Below the pieces are notes generated by a model. It was not told where the DNA came from. It did not search any database and saw only the letters and a list, made by a program, of their open reading frames with translations. Made by a program: the position numbers and the translations under genes. Of a DNA stretch of 37,203 bases, positions 11,709 through 20,949 are shown in pieces. The stretch is from Ignavibacteriales bacterium (GTDB lineage: Bacteria; Bacteroidota; Ignavibacteria; UBA10030; UBA6906). Location: the NCBI GenBank assembly GCA_037441705.1, contig JBBIRR010000038.1, positions 1 through 37,203 on the forward strand, given 5' to 3'. How positions within the stretch are numbered: position 1 is the stretch's first letter; the number at the start of each line of letters is the position of its first letter.

Positions 11709-14141
11709 ATGCGACAGTTGATCGGGGGAGTTTTGTTCCTATCCATTTTCGCGGCGCTGACGGCGCTCGGCGGAAATTCCCCCAAGACAATCCATGCCGC
11801 TCGTACGGAGGGTGCAATCATTCTCGATGGTCTGCTGCATGATTGGCGCTGGCAGGCCGCAACGCCTGTTGAAGACTTCACGCAGTTCTATCCCAACGAA
11901 GGCGATACGGCGACCGAGCGTACATCCGTGCGTGTCCTCTATGACGATCGCGCGCTCTACATCGGCGTCATCTGTTATGATAGCGACCCGCATGGAATTG
12001 TTTCTCAACTCACGCGTCGCGATAGAACCTCCGAAGCGGATCGCTTCACCGTGCAGATTGATTCCTACCACGATCACCAGACCGCATTTGTCTTTTCGGT
12101 GAATGTTGCGGGCGTGCAAAGCGACGGCTTTCTTTCTCAGGACGGCAACGTGTACGATCTCAGCTACGACGCAGTCTGGAGAGTGCAGACCGCACGGCAT
12201 CGCGAAGGGTGGTCGGCGGAGTTCGAGATTCCCTACAATGCCTTTCGCTTCTCGCCGCAGCCGACGAACCGCTACGAATGGGGAATCAACTTCCGACGGT
12301 ACATCAGCCGGAAGCGCGAGACCGACGAATGGGTGATGGTACCCAGCACCGAGCGGCTTCTGATCTCGAAATGGGGACACCTGACGGGCGTCGCAAACAT
12401 TTCGCCGCCGCTGAACTTGAGTCTGATTCCTTTTGTTTCCGGGACAACGTCGTTCGAGTCCGAAGCTCCCGGGCGTCCGTTCAAGTCCGATCAGTCCGGC
12501 AGTGCGGGTCTTGATCTGAAATACGGCCTGAGCCGCGACTTCACACTCGACGTAGCAATCAATCCCGACTTCGGCCAGGTCGAGGTGGATCAGGCAATTC
12601 TCAACCTGACGGTCTTCGAAACCTTCTATCCCGAGAAGCGCCCGTTCTTCATCGAGGGGGCACAGGTGTTCGAGTTCGGTTCGTCGGTGGACAACACGCC
12701 GCTGTCGCTGTTTTATTCTCGTCGGATCGGTCAGCGGCCGTTCGGCAGTTACTTCATCGCCGCGCCGCCGGGGGGCGAGGTGAAGTCCAATCCGCTGGTC
12801 ACGACGATTCTGGGCGCGGCAAAGGTGACCGGACACAGCGCGTCGGGTTTTTCGCTCGGCGTGCTCACCACCGCCACCGCGGAAGAGAACGCCGTGGTGC
12901 GAGACAGCGCAGGCAACGAACAGACGATTCGTACTGAACCGCGAGCAACCTACAACGTCGTGCGCGTCAAACAGGAACTTGGCTCCTCGTGGCTCGGCGG
13001 CATCGCCACACTTGCTGCGCGCGAGAACGTGCTGCCCGCATTCAGCGGCGGGCTGGATTGGAACCTGCGGTTCGATGAGGGGCGCTACACGGTGGACGGC
13101 TATCTCGCGGGAGCGCACTCGTCCAGCACACGCACCAATCCCGACGGCGCGGCCGGGCGATTGCTCTTCTCCAAGATCGCCGCCGATCATTGGTTCTACA
13201 CGATCTCGTACAACTTCGCGACGCCGCGTTTCAACAGCAACGACCTCGGTATTTTCAACCGGCCGCGCTATCACGGCGGCTATGTGCAGCTTCTGTATCG
13301 AGAGGTGAAGGCGGAAGTGCTGTTTCGCCGCTACGCCTTCTCGGTCATTCCGGAGGCGCGATGGAATTGGGACGGAGTGCGCACGCTCGCGCAGGTGGAT
13401 TTCTCGTTCACCGCGGACTGGCGGAACTTCTGGCGCTCGACGCTGAAGTATGTGGTGAATGACCGAGCGTACGACGACGGCGAGCGCGGCATCATCGGAT
13501 TATACTTGCGTCCCGTGAGCCACTGGCTTCAGGCCTCGATTCAGACCGACGAACGCCAGAATGTTTCGGTTTCCCTCACAACCGACTACCGCATGGATCT
13601 GAAACGGAAGACGAGCTTCAGCACGCTGCTCGGGGTGACCCTTCGTCCCGCGGCAAACGTGGAACTCACGCCGCTGTTCTACTTCGAGCGCACGCGCGAT
13701 GAAGAGACCGGCGTGCTGCGTGGCGGGCGCATCGTGTCGCAGGGCGGGCTGAGCTTATTCGCCGATCGTGATGTTGATGAGATTGATCTCGCGCTGCGGG
13801 GCATTGTTACCTTCACCCGTGCCCTTTCTCTCCAATTCTATACACAAATCCTGCTTGCCCGCGGTCGCTACGAGAGCTACCGCGTGCTTGTCGAAAGCGA
13901 GACGTTCGTCGGCGTGGCGCAGCCCCCGCAGTACGACTTCAACTACGCCATCTTCGACGCGAACGTTCTGCTGCGCTGGGAATTCCTCCCGGGCAGCACC
14001 ATCTATCTTGTGTGGACGCAAAGCCGGTTCGGAGATTCGGGACGCTACGCAACCGACTTCGGTCCGCGCTTGCGCGAAACTTTCAAGCTGCCGCACGACG
14101 ACGCCGTCCTGCTGAAGGTAAGCTACTGGATACCGCTCTGA
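11709..14141 (+). CDS. Exported CBM9-like + DUF5916 domain protein (putative outer-membrane beta-barrel)
   Basis: Signal peptide. N-terminal LDG...W, VRVLYDDRALYI, GWSAEFEIP; then NPDFGQVEVD, FYPEKRPFF, LFYSRRIG. Ends with LLKVSYW. Confidence 0.8.
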   Translation: MRQLIGGVLFLSIFAALTALGGNSPKTIHAARTEGAIILDGLLHDWRWQAATPVEDFTQFYPNEGDTATERTSVRVLYDDRALYIGVICYDSDPHGIVSQLTRRDRTSEADRFTVQIDSYHDHQTAFVFSVNVAGVQSDGFLSQDGNVYDLSYDAVWRVQTARHREGWSAEFEIPYNAFRFSPQPTNRYEWGINFRRYISRKRETDEWVMVPSTERLLISKWGHLTGVANISPPLNLSLIPFVSGTTSFESEAPGRPFKSDQSGSAGLDLKYGLSRDFTLDVAINPDFGQVEVDQAILNLTVFETFYPEKRPFFIEGAQVFEFGSSVDNTPLSLFYSRRIGQRPFGSYFIAAPPGGEVKSNPLVTTILGAAKVTGHSASGFSLGVLTTATAEENAVVRDSAGNEQTIRTEPRATYNVVRVKQELGSSWLGGIATLAARENVLPAFSGGLDWNLRFDEGRYTVDGYLAGAHSSSTRTNPDGAAGRLLFSKIAADHWFYTISYNFATPRFNSNDLGIFNRPRYHGGYVQLLYREVKAEVLFRRYAFSVIPEARWNWDGVRTLAQVDFSFTADWRNFWRSTLKYVVNDRAYDDGERGIIGLYLRPVSHWLQASIQTDERQNVSVSLTTDYRMDLKRKTSFSTLLGVTLRPAANVELTPLFYFERTRDEETGVLRGGRIVSQGGLSLFADRDVDEIDLALRGIVTFTRALSLQFYTQILLARGRYESYRVLVESETFVGVAQPPQYDFNYAIFDANVLLRWEFLPGSTIYLVWTQSRFGDSGRYATDFGPRLRETFKLPHDDAVLLKVSYWIPL

Positions 14142-15358
14142 TGCTCAAGAAAACTCTTTACGGTCTGGGCTCGTTCCTGCTTGCTGTGTGTGTGCTTGAG
14201 GTAGCATCACGTGCAGCGGCGACGTTCTTCGGTGATGACGAGGAATCCCCTCATCAAGAGTGGGAATGGTTCGCGGCTTCCCGTGAGCTTGGCTGGGAGA
14301 GGAAGCCGAACTTCAGCGGGTTAGTTACCGGAGTCGGCCGCGCGTTCGACGGCGAAGGTTTCTTGGCGGGCGATAGCGTGAAGCTTTCCGACACCCTTCA
14401 CAAGAAAATTCTGTTTGTGGGCGATTCCAACACGTTTGGCAACGACCAGCCGGCGACGCACATCTTCGTGTCGCTTGTTGATAGTCTGATGCCGGAAGCG
14501 GTAACAATCAACGCGGGCTTCATGGGGTACACGTCGTATCAGGGTTTGATCGTGCTGCGCCGGATGCTGGCAAGATTCCGTCCTGATGCGGTTGTCGTGT
14601 CGTTCAACTACAATGATCGCCGATATGTCCTCGACAGGAACGACAGGGACAGTCCCGAATACTTCCGGCGCGCGTTCGATGCGATGCAAGCGGCCGAACG
14701 TGAACGGATCTTGGCACGTTTCTACATCTACCGCGCGGTGCGCTTTGTGCTTCGCACAGTCGGCTTCGTGAAAGTTCCTCAGCCGCCCCTCTTTGCCCGC
14801 GCAGACACGCTGACTGCACGCGTTCCGCCGGAGGCGTTTCACTCGAACCTCTCGGCCATAGCACGTGAAGCGCGTCGGCACGGGATCCCTCTTCTCTTTC
14901 TTCTCTTGAAAGATAACCCCGTGCAGACCCAGCGGTTGAATAGCGGGCTGGACCTTCTTGCCCGCGGCAACAGGCCTGCGGCAAAGGAGCAACTCCTCAT
15001 CGCTTCGCGTGAACCAACCGTCTTCCGCATGTTGGCCGCGCTTCACCTTGCACAGATCCTCCGCGAAGAAGGAGACAGCCTCCGGGCAAACGACGTGCTG
15101 ACATTCCGCCATCCGCCGTACTCTCTGCAAGGTGGGTACGTTCTGCATCGGGACAGCGACTACAATGAGATTGTTCGAAAAGTGGCATCCCGGTTCGGGG
15201 CAGAAGTGGTAGACGCTGCCGCCGCGCTGGACGCTCGACCGTGGGTGTATTACGATTTCTGCCACTTTGATACGACGGGCCACCGGCTTGTCGCAGAAGC
15301 GCTCGTGCCCGCGCTCAGGAACGTTCTCGCTCGCGCAGAACAGGATCGAACACCGTAG
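14141..15358 (+). CDS. SGNH/GDSL hydrolase family protein with N-terminal membrane anchor
   Basis: Block I GDSNTFG, block II NAGFMGYTS, block III YND, block V DFCH. TGATG overlap with the upstream stop. Confidence 0.82.
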   Translation: MLKKTLYGLGSFLLAVCVLEVASRAAATFFGDDEESPHQEWEWFAASRELGWERKPNFSGLVTGVGRAFDGEGFLAGDSVKLSDTLHKKILFVGDSNTFGNDQPATHIFVSLVDSLMPEAVTINAGFMGYTSYQGLIVLRRMLARFRPDAVVVSFNYNDRRYVLDRNDRDSPEYFRRAFDAMQAAERERILARFYIYRAVRFVLRTVGFVKVPQPPLFARADTLTARVPPEAFHSNLSAIAREARRHGIPLLFLLLKDNPVQTQRLNSGLDLLARGNRPAAKEQLLIASREPTVFRMLAALHLAQILREEGDSLRANDVLTFRHPPYSLQGGYVLHRDSDYNEIVRKVASRFGAEVVDAAAALDARPWVYYDFCHFDTTGHRLVAEALVPALRNVLARAEQDRTP

Positions 15359-15422
15359 CACCCTGCAGCCGGTGTTTGATTCGTCCCGACGCTGTGATTC
15401 AATCCCTGCGCCCACCGCCCCG

Positions 15423-15451
15423 TTGAAAAAACGGGGTTGTTGTTGTAGATT
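15423..15451 (+). promoter_or_regulatory. Putative sigma70-type promoter
   Basis: TTGAAA (15423-28), 17 bp, TAGATT (15446-51). Overlaps a small CCCCGTT/AACGGGG hairpin that may end the upstream operon. Confidence 0.5.
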
Positions 15452-15457
15452 AGCAGT

Positions 15458-15603
15458 GAAGCGTGGATGGAGCGACGCTGAGAAAAGAGGCTATGGTACT
15501 GCTCGGTGCACATAGCTCGATGCCCGTTGGGGACGTGAAGAGTCCTCACGGACGAAAACAATCACATCCCAAGTACGGCCAGCGTGCTTGGGATTTTTTG
15601 TTT
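15458..15603 (+). ncRNA. Candidate structured leader RNA/attenuator or sRNA ending in an intrinsic terminator
   Basis: Three hairpins (15460-79, 15487-518, 15524-551), then ATCCCAAGTACG-gccag-CGTGCTTGGGAT-TTTTTGTTT (15566-603), ending 22 nt before the next ATG. No known riboswitch consensus recognised. Confidence 0.45.
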
Positions 15604-15625
15604 GAAGAAAGAGAGGAATGAGAAG

Positions 15626-16183
15626 ATGAAAGCATTTGCGGCGGTGGTCGTCTTTGCCGTCGCAGGAGCGAATCTTTTGACGAATGGTGATTTTGAACGA
15701 TTCGCCGGCGGCGAACCTGTGGGGTGGACGACGAATAACATTCCTTCAATGCTCGTTGTTGTGAGCCCGTCGTCGGTGAGCTCTTCGGGCAAGAGAGCCG
15801 TCCGATGTGACGTGAAAACCTTCTACGGAACCCCCATAGCAGGAACGCTCAGCCAACGTGGGATAAGCGTCGCACGCGGCACACTTCACCTGAAGGGAAT
15901 GTATCTCCTGAAGCCTACGGGTAATGATGTCGGCTTCATAAGCATTGATGTGAAGACGTTGGGCGGCAGCACCGTGGCTGCCTGCGAGCATTATCTGACG
16001 CAGGCGACGACGGAGTTTGCGCCCTTTGGCTTCACTGCGCAGATACCGAATGAAGCGCGTACAGTTGACCTGCTGCTGACGCTGATACCCGGCCGCGAGG
16101 GAGGGTCATTACATGAAGGGTCGTACATTCTCTTCGACGGGCTGGAGCTTACGATCGAGACGGGGCGAGAACAACCGCAGTAG
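15626..16183 (+). CDS. Exported protein with carbohydrate-binding-module-like beta-sandwich
   Basis: Signal peptide MKAFAAVVVFAVAGA, then NLLTNGDFE...GW and a terminal FDGLEL, typical of CBM4/9-like modules. GAGGA upstream. Confidence 0.65.
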   Translation: MKAFAAVVVFAVAGANLLTNGDFERFAGGEPVGWTTNNIPSMLVVVSPSSVSSSGKRAVRCDVKTFYGTPIAGTLSQRGISVARGTLHLKGMYLLKPTGNDVGFISIDVKTLGGSTVAACEHYLTQATTEFAPFGFTAQIPNEARTVDLLLTLIPGREGGSLHEGSYILFDGLELTIETGREQPQ

Positions 16184-16226
16184 GTGATGATTTCGAAGAA
16201 CAACTTCCAAGAAAGGAGAGCGTGAT

Positions 16227-16730
16227 ATGATTCTCAAACGACTCATGGAATTCCTGGATCAGAACGGAGTTCGCTACGTTGTGATTCACCATTCGCAGGC
16301 ATTTACCGCGCGCGAGGTTGCGGTTTCGGCACACATCCCCGGGAAGGAAGTGGCGAAGACGGTGATTGTGAAAGTGAACGGCAAACCAATGATGGCGGTC
16401 TTGCCCGCTTCGCAGATGATTGACCTCGGACAACTGCGCAACGCGCTCGGCGCCGAGTCGGTCATCTTGGCGACGGAGAACGAGTTCAACACGCTGTTTC
16501 CGGATTGCGAGATCGGGGCAATGCCGCCGTTCGGGAACCTGTTCAACATGGACGTGGTCGTCGCTGATTCCCTGACACACGACGAGCAGATTGCTTTCAA
16601 CGGCGGAACGCACCGAGAGCTTGTGCGGATGGCCTACAGCGACTTCGAGCGACTCGTGAAACCGAGAATCCTGAAGTTTACGGTTGAACGAAAGATCCGA
16701 GCCGATCTGTACGATCAGGGGATAAGTTAG
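16227..16730 (+). CDS. YbaK/EbsC/ProX-family aminoacyl-tRNA deacylase
   Basis: VAKTVIVK, FPDCEIGAMPPFG, FNGGTH. AAGGAG SD. Confidence 0.9.
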   Translation: MILKRLMEFLDQNGVRYVVIHHSQAFTAREVAVSAHIPGKEVAKTVIVKVNGKPMMAVLPASQMIDLGQLRNALGAESVILATENEFNTLFPDCEIGAMPPFGNLFNMDVVVADSLTHDEQIAFNGGTHRELVRMAYSDFERLVKPRILKFTVERKIRADLYDQGIS

Positions 16731-16737
16731 TTGCTGC

Positions 16738-16926
16738 TCACGATCCGCGCAGCACGCGTGCCGGAAGCAGGAACAGCGCGCGGATCAACTGGAATGCTGC
16801 GTCAACCGTAATGCCGACGAGTCGGAACGGCAGCATCAGCAGCCAGACGACGGGATAAAGCACAAGAGCAGCCAGTGCCAGCGGCCAGCAGATGACGAGC
16901 AGGATGAGCCAGAGAAGGTATTTCAT
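16738..16926 (-). CDS. Small hydrophobic membrane protein (about 62 aa)
   Basis: MKYLLWLILLVICWPLALAALVLYPVVWLLMLPFRLVG...LPARVL. Fills the gap between flanking + strand genes without overlap. Confidence 0.7.
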   Translation of the reverse strand: MKYLLWLILLVICWPLALAALVLYPVVWLLMLPFRLVGITVDAAFQLIRALFLLPARVLRGS

Positions 16927-17093
16927 GTGAGCATCTTCCACGTTTACGGCTGACTGTACGCAGGTGGCATTCCAAAGTTACGCCGAGCCGCGTCCGTGCA
17001 GCGAGCGCACGAGTACGGTTTTTCGAGGAATCTTCTTACATTGCTTCCGCTCGATGAATAATCCTTCTTGCTTGACCGACATAGGAATACGGC

Positions 17094-18398
17094 ATGGTTT
17101 CCACCGTCTGCATCTTTGAAGACCCCCGATACGCGAATCTCTTGCCTCTCACATACACTCGTCCTGTGTACGACGTTCGGTGCGGCGCACTGACGCTGCG
17201 GGAGAAAATTCAGAGAGCCTATCCCCGAACGGAGATCGTCCTTCTTTGCAGGCCCTACCTTGCCGATGTCGTCCGACAACAGAATCCGGGCATTCCGGTC
17301 AACGAGCTGCGTTCCTCCGGAACCTTGTTCGTCAACGGACGAGTTGTGGCCGATGAACGCTTTGCACACAGGATTCCCCTCAAAGGGGATGATGCGCTGT
17401 ATCTCTCAGGCAACACGGTGGTGGCGGTGCGCGTCGGGACCGGAAAGAAGGCTTCCGTAACGCACGATTTCTCGGAGGCGATCGATGCAGAACATTTCGG
17501 CGAGCTTCCGCGGATCGAAGTAGACGTTCCTCTGATCGAGTTTCCCTGGCAGCTTGTGAACCGCAACGGTGAGGAAATCACGCGGGATGTGCACAGAACG
17601 CTGAGCAAGGCCCGCCGCAAGCGCGGCGGCAAGATTCATGCGGGCGTTCATCTCATAAACAAAAACGATATCATCATTGCCAACGGCGCCGTTGTCAAGC
17701 CCGGCGTTGTCCTGGATGCAGAAAGCGGTCCGATCTGGATTGCCAACGGCGCCGTGATTATGCCGAACGCCGTGATTGAAGGTCCGGCCTTCATTGGCGC
17801 GGGAACCCTGATCAAAGTTGGGGCGAAGATCTATGGGAACACCAGCATCGGCGAGCGATGCAAGGTGGGTGGCGAGGTGGAGGCGAGCATTCTTCATGCA
17901 CTGTCGAACAAACAGCACGATGGCTTCCTCGGTCATTCGTACATCGGCATGTGGTGTAATCTCGGCGCCGATACGAACACGAGCGACTTGAAGAATAACT
18001 ACAGTACCGTGCGCGTGTTCATCAACGGGAAGGAGGTGGACAGCGGCTCGCAGTTTGTCGGGCTGACGATGGGAGACCACTCCAAGAGCGGCATCAACAC
18101 GATGTTCACCAGCGGAACCGTCGTCGGCGTTTCGGCAAATGTGTTCGGCGCCGGGTTTCCGCCGAAGTTCATTCCGTCGTTTGCCTGGGGTGGAGCCGAG
18201 GGGTTGGAGACGTACGATCTGGAGAAAAGTCTCGAAGTCGCCCGGCGCGTCATGGCGCGACGGAACGTCACGATGACCGAAGCGGATGAGCATCTGTTGC
18301 GCAAGGTGTTCGACCTGACGCGCAAAGACCGTGCACGCATGCGAAGCGAGCAGGAAACGATTCTTCTCCCCCCACCCTCCGTCGGAAAGAAAGGATGA
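17094..18398 (+). CDS. GlmU-related sugar nucleotidyltransferase/acetyltransferase (Bacteroidota-type)
   Basis: LLPLTYTRPV..RCG..TLREK N-terminus, hexapeptide left-handed beta-helix, KVGGEV, NKQHDGFLGHS, NLGADTNTSDLKNNY. Confidence 0.85.
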   Translation: MVSTVCIFEDPRYANLLPLTYTRPVYDVRCGALTLREKIQRAYPRTEIVLLCRPYLADVVRQQNPGIPVNELRSSGTLFVNGRVVADERFAHRIPLKGDDALYLSGNTVVAVRVGTGKKASVTHDFSEAIDAEHFGELPRIEVDVPLIEFPWQLVNRNGEEITRDVHRTLSKARRKRGGKIHAGVHLINKNDIIIANGAVVKPGVVLDAESGPIWIANGAVIMPNAVIEGPAFIGAGTLIKVGAKIYGNTSIGERCKVGGEVEASILHALSNKQHDGFLGHSYIGMWCNLGADTNTSDLKNNYSTVRVFINGKEVDSGSQFVGLTMGDHSKSGINTMFTSGTVVGVSANVFGAGFPPKFIPSFAWGGAEGLETYDLEKSLEVARRVMARRNVTMTEADEHLLRKVFDLTRKDRARMRSEQETILLPPPSVGKKG

Positions 18399-18401
18399 GT
18401 G

Positions 18402-19052
18402 ATGACCATTCTCGCCCTTTCCGACATTCACGGCGCGTACGAAAGAATGATGGACGTCGTGCATGCCAACCCTGACACCGACATCATCATCGTCGCCGGA
18501 GATCTCACGACACACGGCACAGCTCAAGAAGCAGAAGCAGCAATCGGGTTGCTGCAGAAAACGGCGAAGCCCGTCTTCGTTGTAGCGGGAAACATGGATC
18601 CCCCTGAGCTGGACGATGTGTTCACGCGGCTGGGTGTCTCCATTAACGGGCGAGGTTTGATCGTTGACGGAGTGGGATTCTTCGGCGTTTCAGGGGCTCC
18701 GGTTTCACCTCTCATGACGCCGAACGAGATTTCGGAAGACGAGATTGCGCGTCGGGCGGAAGCGGGATGGCAGAATGTTGCAGAGGCACGATGGAAGGTT
18801 TTTGTTCCGCACGCCCCGCCCCACAACACGCGTGTCGACATCGTTCGTTCGGGAAAGCATGTCGGCAGCACGGCGGTCCGGGCGTTCATCGAGCGGTTTC
18901 GCCCGGATGCCGTTCTCTGCGGCCACATTCACGAAGCGCGCGGCGTGGACTCAGTCGGTTCAACCCACGTAATCAACTGCGGGCCGGCGGGTCAGGGCAT
19001 GTACGGAATAGTTCGAATTGATGAACGAATCCACGTGGCTGCGCGACCATGA
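18402..19052 (+). CDS. Calcineurin-like metallophosphoesterase
   Basis: SDIHG, AGDLT, AGNMD, HAPP, CGHIHE motifs. Confidence 0.92.
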   Translation: MTILALSDIHGAYERMMDVVHANPDTDIIIVAGDLTTHGTAQEAEAAIGLLQKTAKPVFVVAGNMDPPELDDVFTRLGVSINGRGLIVDGVGFFGVSGAPVSPLMTPNEISEDEIARRAEAGWQNVAEARWKVFVPHAPPHNTRVDIVRSGKHVGSTAVRAFIERFRPDAVLCGHIHEARGVDSVGSTHVINCGPAGQGMYGIVRIDERIHVAARP

Positions 19053-19074
19053 GCCTGACCTGCATACAAAACAC

Positions 19075-19108
19075 AACGCCCTCCCACTCGTACGAAGGGG
19101 AGGGCGTT
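19075..19108. terminator. Hairpin between convergent genes (terminator, stronger on minus strand)
   Basis: AACGCCCTCCC / GGGAGGGCGTT 11-bp stem. The minus strand continues GTGTTTTGT. Confidence 0.7.
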
Positions 19109-19133
19109 AATGGACTGTCCCAGTCTTGTTGGA

Positions 19134-19322
19134 TCAGCTATCTGTCTTCAAGTAAAAAGGTAACTGCTGACGCATACGCTCGCGCTTAGCGCGGTATGCC
19201 ATCTCCTTTTTCTTGCAGCTTGGGCAACGATAGGCACCAACCTGGCCCCTAAACTCGTTCCCGCAGTCCCGACAAATAGTGGAACCACGTTTCTTCATTC
19301 TTGCATCGCCTTTGTAGTTCAT
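19134..19322 (-). CDS. Small basic zinc-ribbon protein (62 aa)
   Basis: CRDC-x11-CPSC, Lys/Arg-rich. GAGGAG SD upstream, AT-rich upstream region, terminator downstream. Confidence 0.6.
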   Translation of the reverse strand: MNYKGDARMKKRGSTICRDCGNEFRGQVGAYRCPSCKKKEMAYRAKRERMRQQLPFYLKTDS

Positions 19323-19456
19323 AAGCTTTTTCTCCTCGGTTAATATAACGATTTCCTAGAAAAGTTGGTTCAGAAATTTTTTCCTCTTCATCTAACCTCC
19401 CCAAAAACGGCTCGTTTTGGGCAATTTTCTGTATTAAATTTTTTTAGAAAATTGCC

Positions 19457-19885
19457 ATGAAGAGCCATAAGAGTAAAGGGGCGAACAAGTTACAACGTCG
19501 CTTGCTGGCGTATGCCAACAAGGCAAAGGCAAATGCCTATGCGCCATACTCCGGCTTTCGAGTCGGGGCGGCGCTGCTGACTGTTGATGGTTCAATCTTC
19601 ACAGGCTGTAACGTGGAAAACAGCTCCTATTCCTTAACGATTTGTACCGAGCGCAATGCGGTCTTCAAAGCGGTGTGCGAAGGTCACGCCCGATTCAAGG
19701 CAATTGCGATCTCGACGGACAGGAATGAATTCGTGCCGCCGTGCGGCGCGTGCCGACAGGTGCTGTCGGAATTCTGCCCCGATCTGAAGGTAATCCTGGC
19801 CAATGCGGCCGGCGAAACGCGAACAGTAGCTCTTGCCAGGCTGTTGCCAATGCCGGCCGACCTGAAACACTTGCGCAAGCGATGA
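19457..19885 (+). CDS. cdd: Cytidine deaminase (homotetrameric type)
   Basis: AYAPYSGFRVGAAL, GCNVEN, CTE, PCGACRQ zinc motifs. Confidence 0.95.
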   Translation: MKSHKSKGANKLQRRLLAYANKAKANAYAPYSGFRVGAALLTVDGSIFTGCNVENSSYSLTICTERNAVFKAVCEGHARFKAIAISTDRNEFVPPCGACRQVLSEFCPDLKVILANAAGETRTVALARLLPMPADLKHLRKR

Positions 19886-20238
19886 CATCCAGAGGACGAG
19901 CGCGTGTGAACACGATCTCGAAGATTAACGCACCGTACCTTCGGATCTGGAAAACAGTAGCCCGCATACCACCGGGGAAGGTTGCAACGTACGGGCAGGT
20001 TGCAAAGCTCTGCGGGCTTGCCGGTCAGGCGAGATTGGTGGGCTATGCCTTGCACAGTTTGCCGTCGGGTATGGATATTCCCTGGCAGCGCGTTGTGAAC
20101 GCACACGGCCGTATCTCGTTCCCCGCGGGATCGAACGCGTACTTCAGGCAGAAAGAACTGTTAGAAATCGAGGGGATTGTTTTTGAGAAAGACAGAATTG
20201 ATCTCAAGACCTACGGATGGAGACCCAAACGACAATGA
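19882..20238 (+). CDS. Alkyltransferase-like (ATL, YbaZ/Atl1-type) MGMT-family DNA-binding protein
   Basis: IPPGKVATYGQVA, ARLVG, and PWQRVVN (Trp in place of the catalytic Cys of PCHR). ATGA overlap with cdd. Confidence 0.88.
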   Translation: MTSRGRARVNTISKINAPYLRIWKTVARIPPGKVATYGQVAKLCGLAGQARLVGYALHSLPSGMDIPWQRVVNAHGRISFPAGSNAYFRQKELLEIEGIVFEKDRIDLKTYGWRPKRQ

Positions 20239-20807
20239 TGGCTAACGACGAACGCCCACGATGCCCCTGGTGCACAGGTGACGCGCTGTACATGGACTAC
20301 CACGACAACGAATGGGGGAGGCCCGTTCATGACGACAGGAAGTTGTTTGAGATGCTCATTCTTGAGGGCGCGCAGGCGGGACTGAGCTGGATTACCATAC
20401 TGCGGAAGCGAATGAACTATCGCAAGGCGTTCGATAACTTCGACCCGCGTATAGTTGCTCGTTACGATCGCAAGAAAATCCGCGCCTTGATGCAGGACGC
20501 AGGAATCGTGCGGAACAGATTGAAGGTTGAAGCGGCAATCGCGAACGCAAAAGCATTTCTTGGAGTGCAGAAGGAGTTCGGCAGTTTTGATCGTTACATC
20601 TGGCAGTTTGTGGGTGGGAATCAAAAACGCAACGCGTGGAGATCGTTGAAGGAGATTCCGGCGCGCACCGCCGAGTCCGACGCCATGAGCAAAGACCTGA
20701 AGAGCCGGGGGTTCACGTTCGTCGGCTCAACAATCTGCTATGCCTTCATGCAGGCAGTCGGGATGGTGAACGATCACATCGTTGATTGCTGGTGGTACGA
20801 TCGCTGA
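20235..20807 (+). CDS. tag: DNA-3-methyladenine glycosylase I
   Basis: RCPW, YHDNEWG, LEGAQAGLSW, IVRNRLK, GFTFVG, GMVNDH...C. ATGA overlap with ATL. Confidence 0.96.
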   Translation: MMANDERPRCPWCTGDALYMDYHDNEWGRPVHDDRKLFEMLILEGAQAGLSWITILRKRMNYRKAFDNFDPRIVARYDRKKIRALMQDAGIVRNRLKVEAAIANAKAFLGVQKEFGSFDRYIWQFVGGNQKRNAWRSLKEIPARTAESDAMSKDLKSRGFTFVGSTICYAFMQAVGMVNDHIVDCWWYDR

Positions 20808-20949
20808 ATCTCCGAGGCTTGGAGCGTCGGGTCTCTCGCGTTTGGAATCAGCCAACTAAACACGTATTTTGATTAACAAATCAACAACCGGTCGGAGAGC
20901 TAGCATCGCCCCCACCCGGCATTCTCCATTATCAAAAGGATCATTCCAG

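Noticed and set aside
15460-15560. Fluoride/TPP riboswitch or hammerhead ribozyme (GATGGAG, CTGAGA, CGAAA sub-motifs)
   Set aside because: Partner elements are missing: no CTCC pseudoknot strand, no ACCTGAT/TPP core, no CTGANGA core in the proper helical context.
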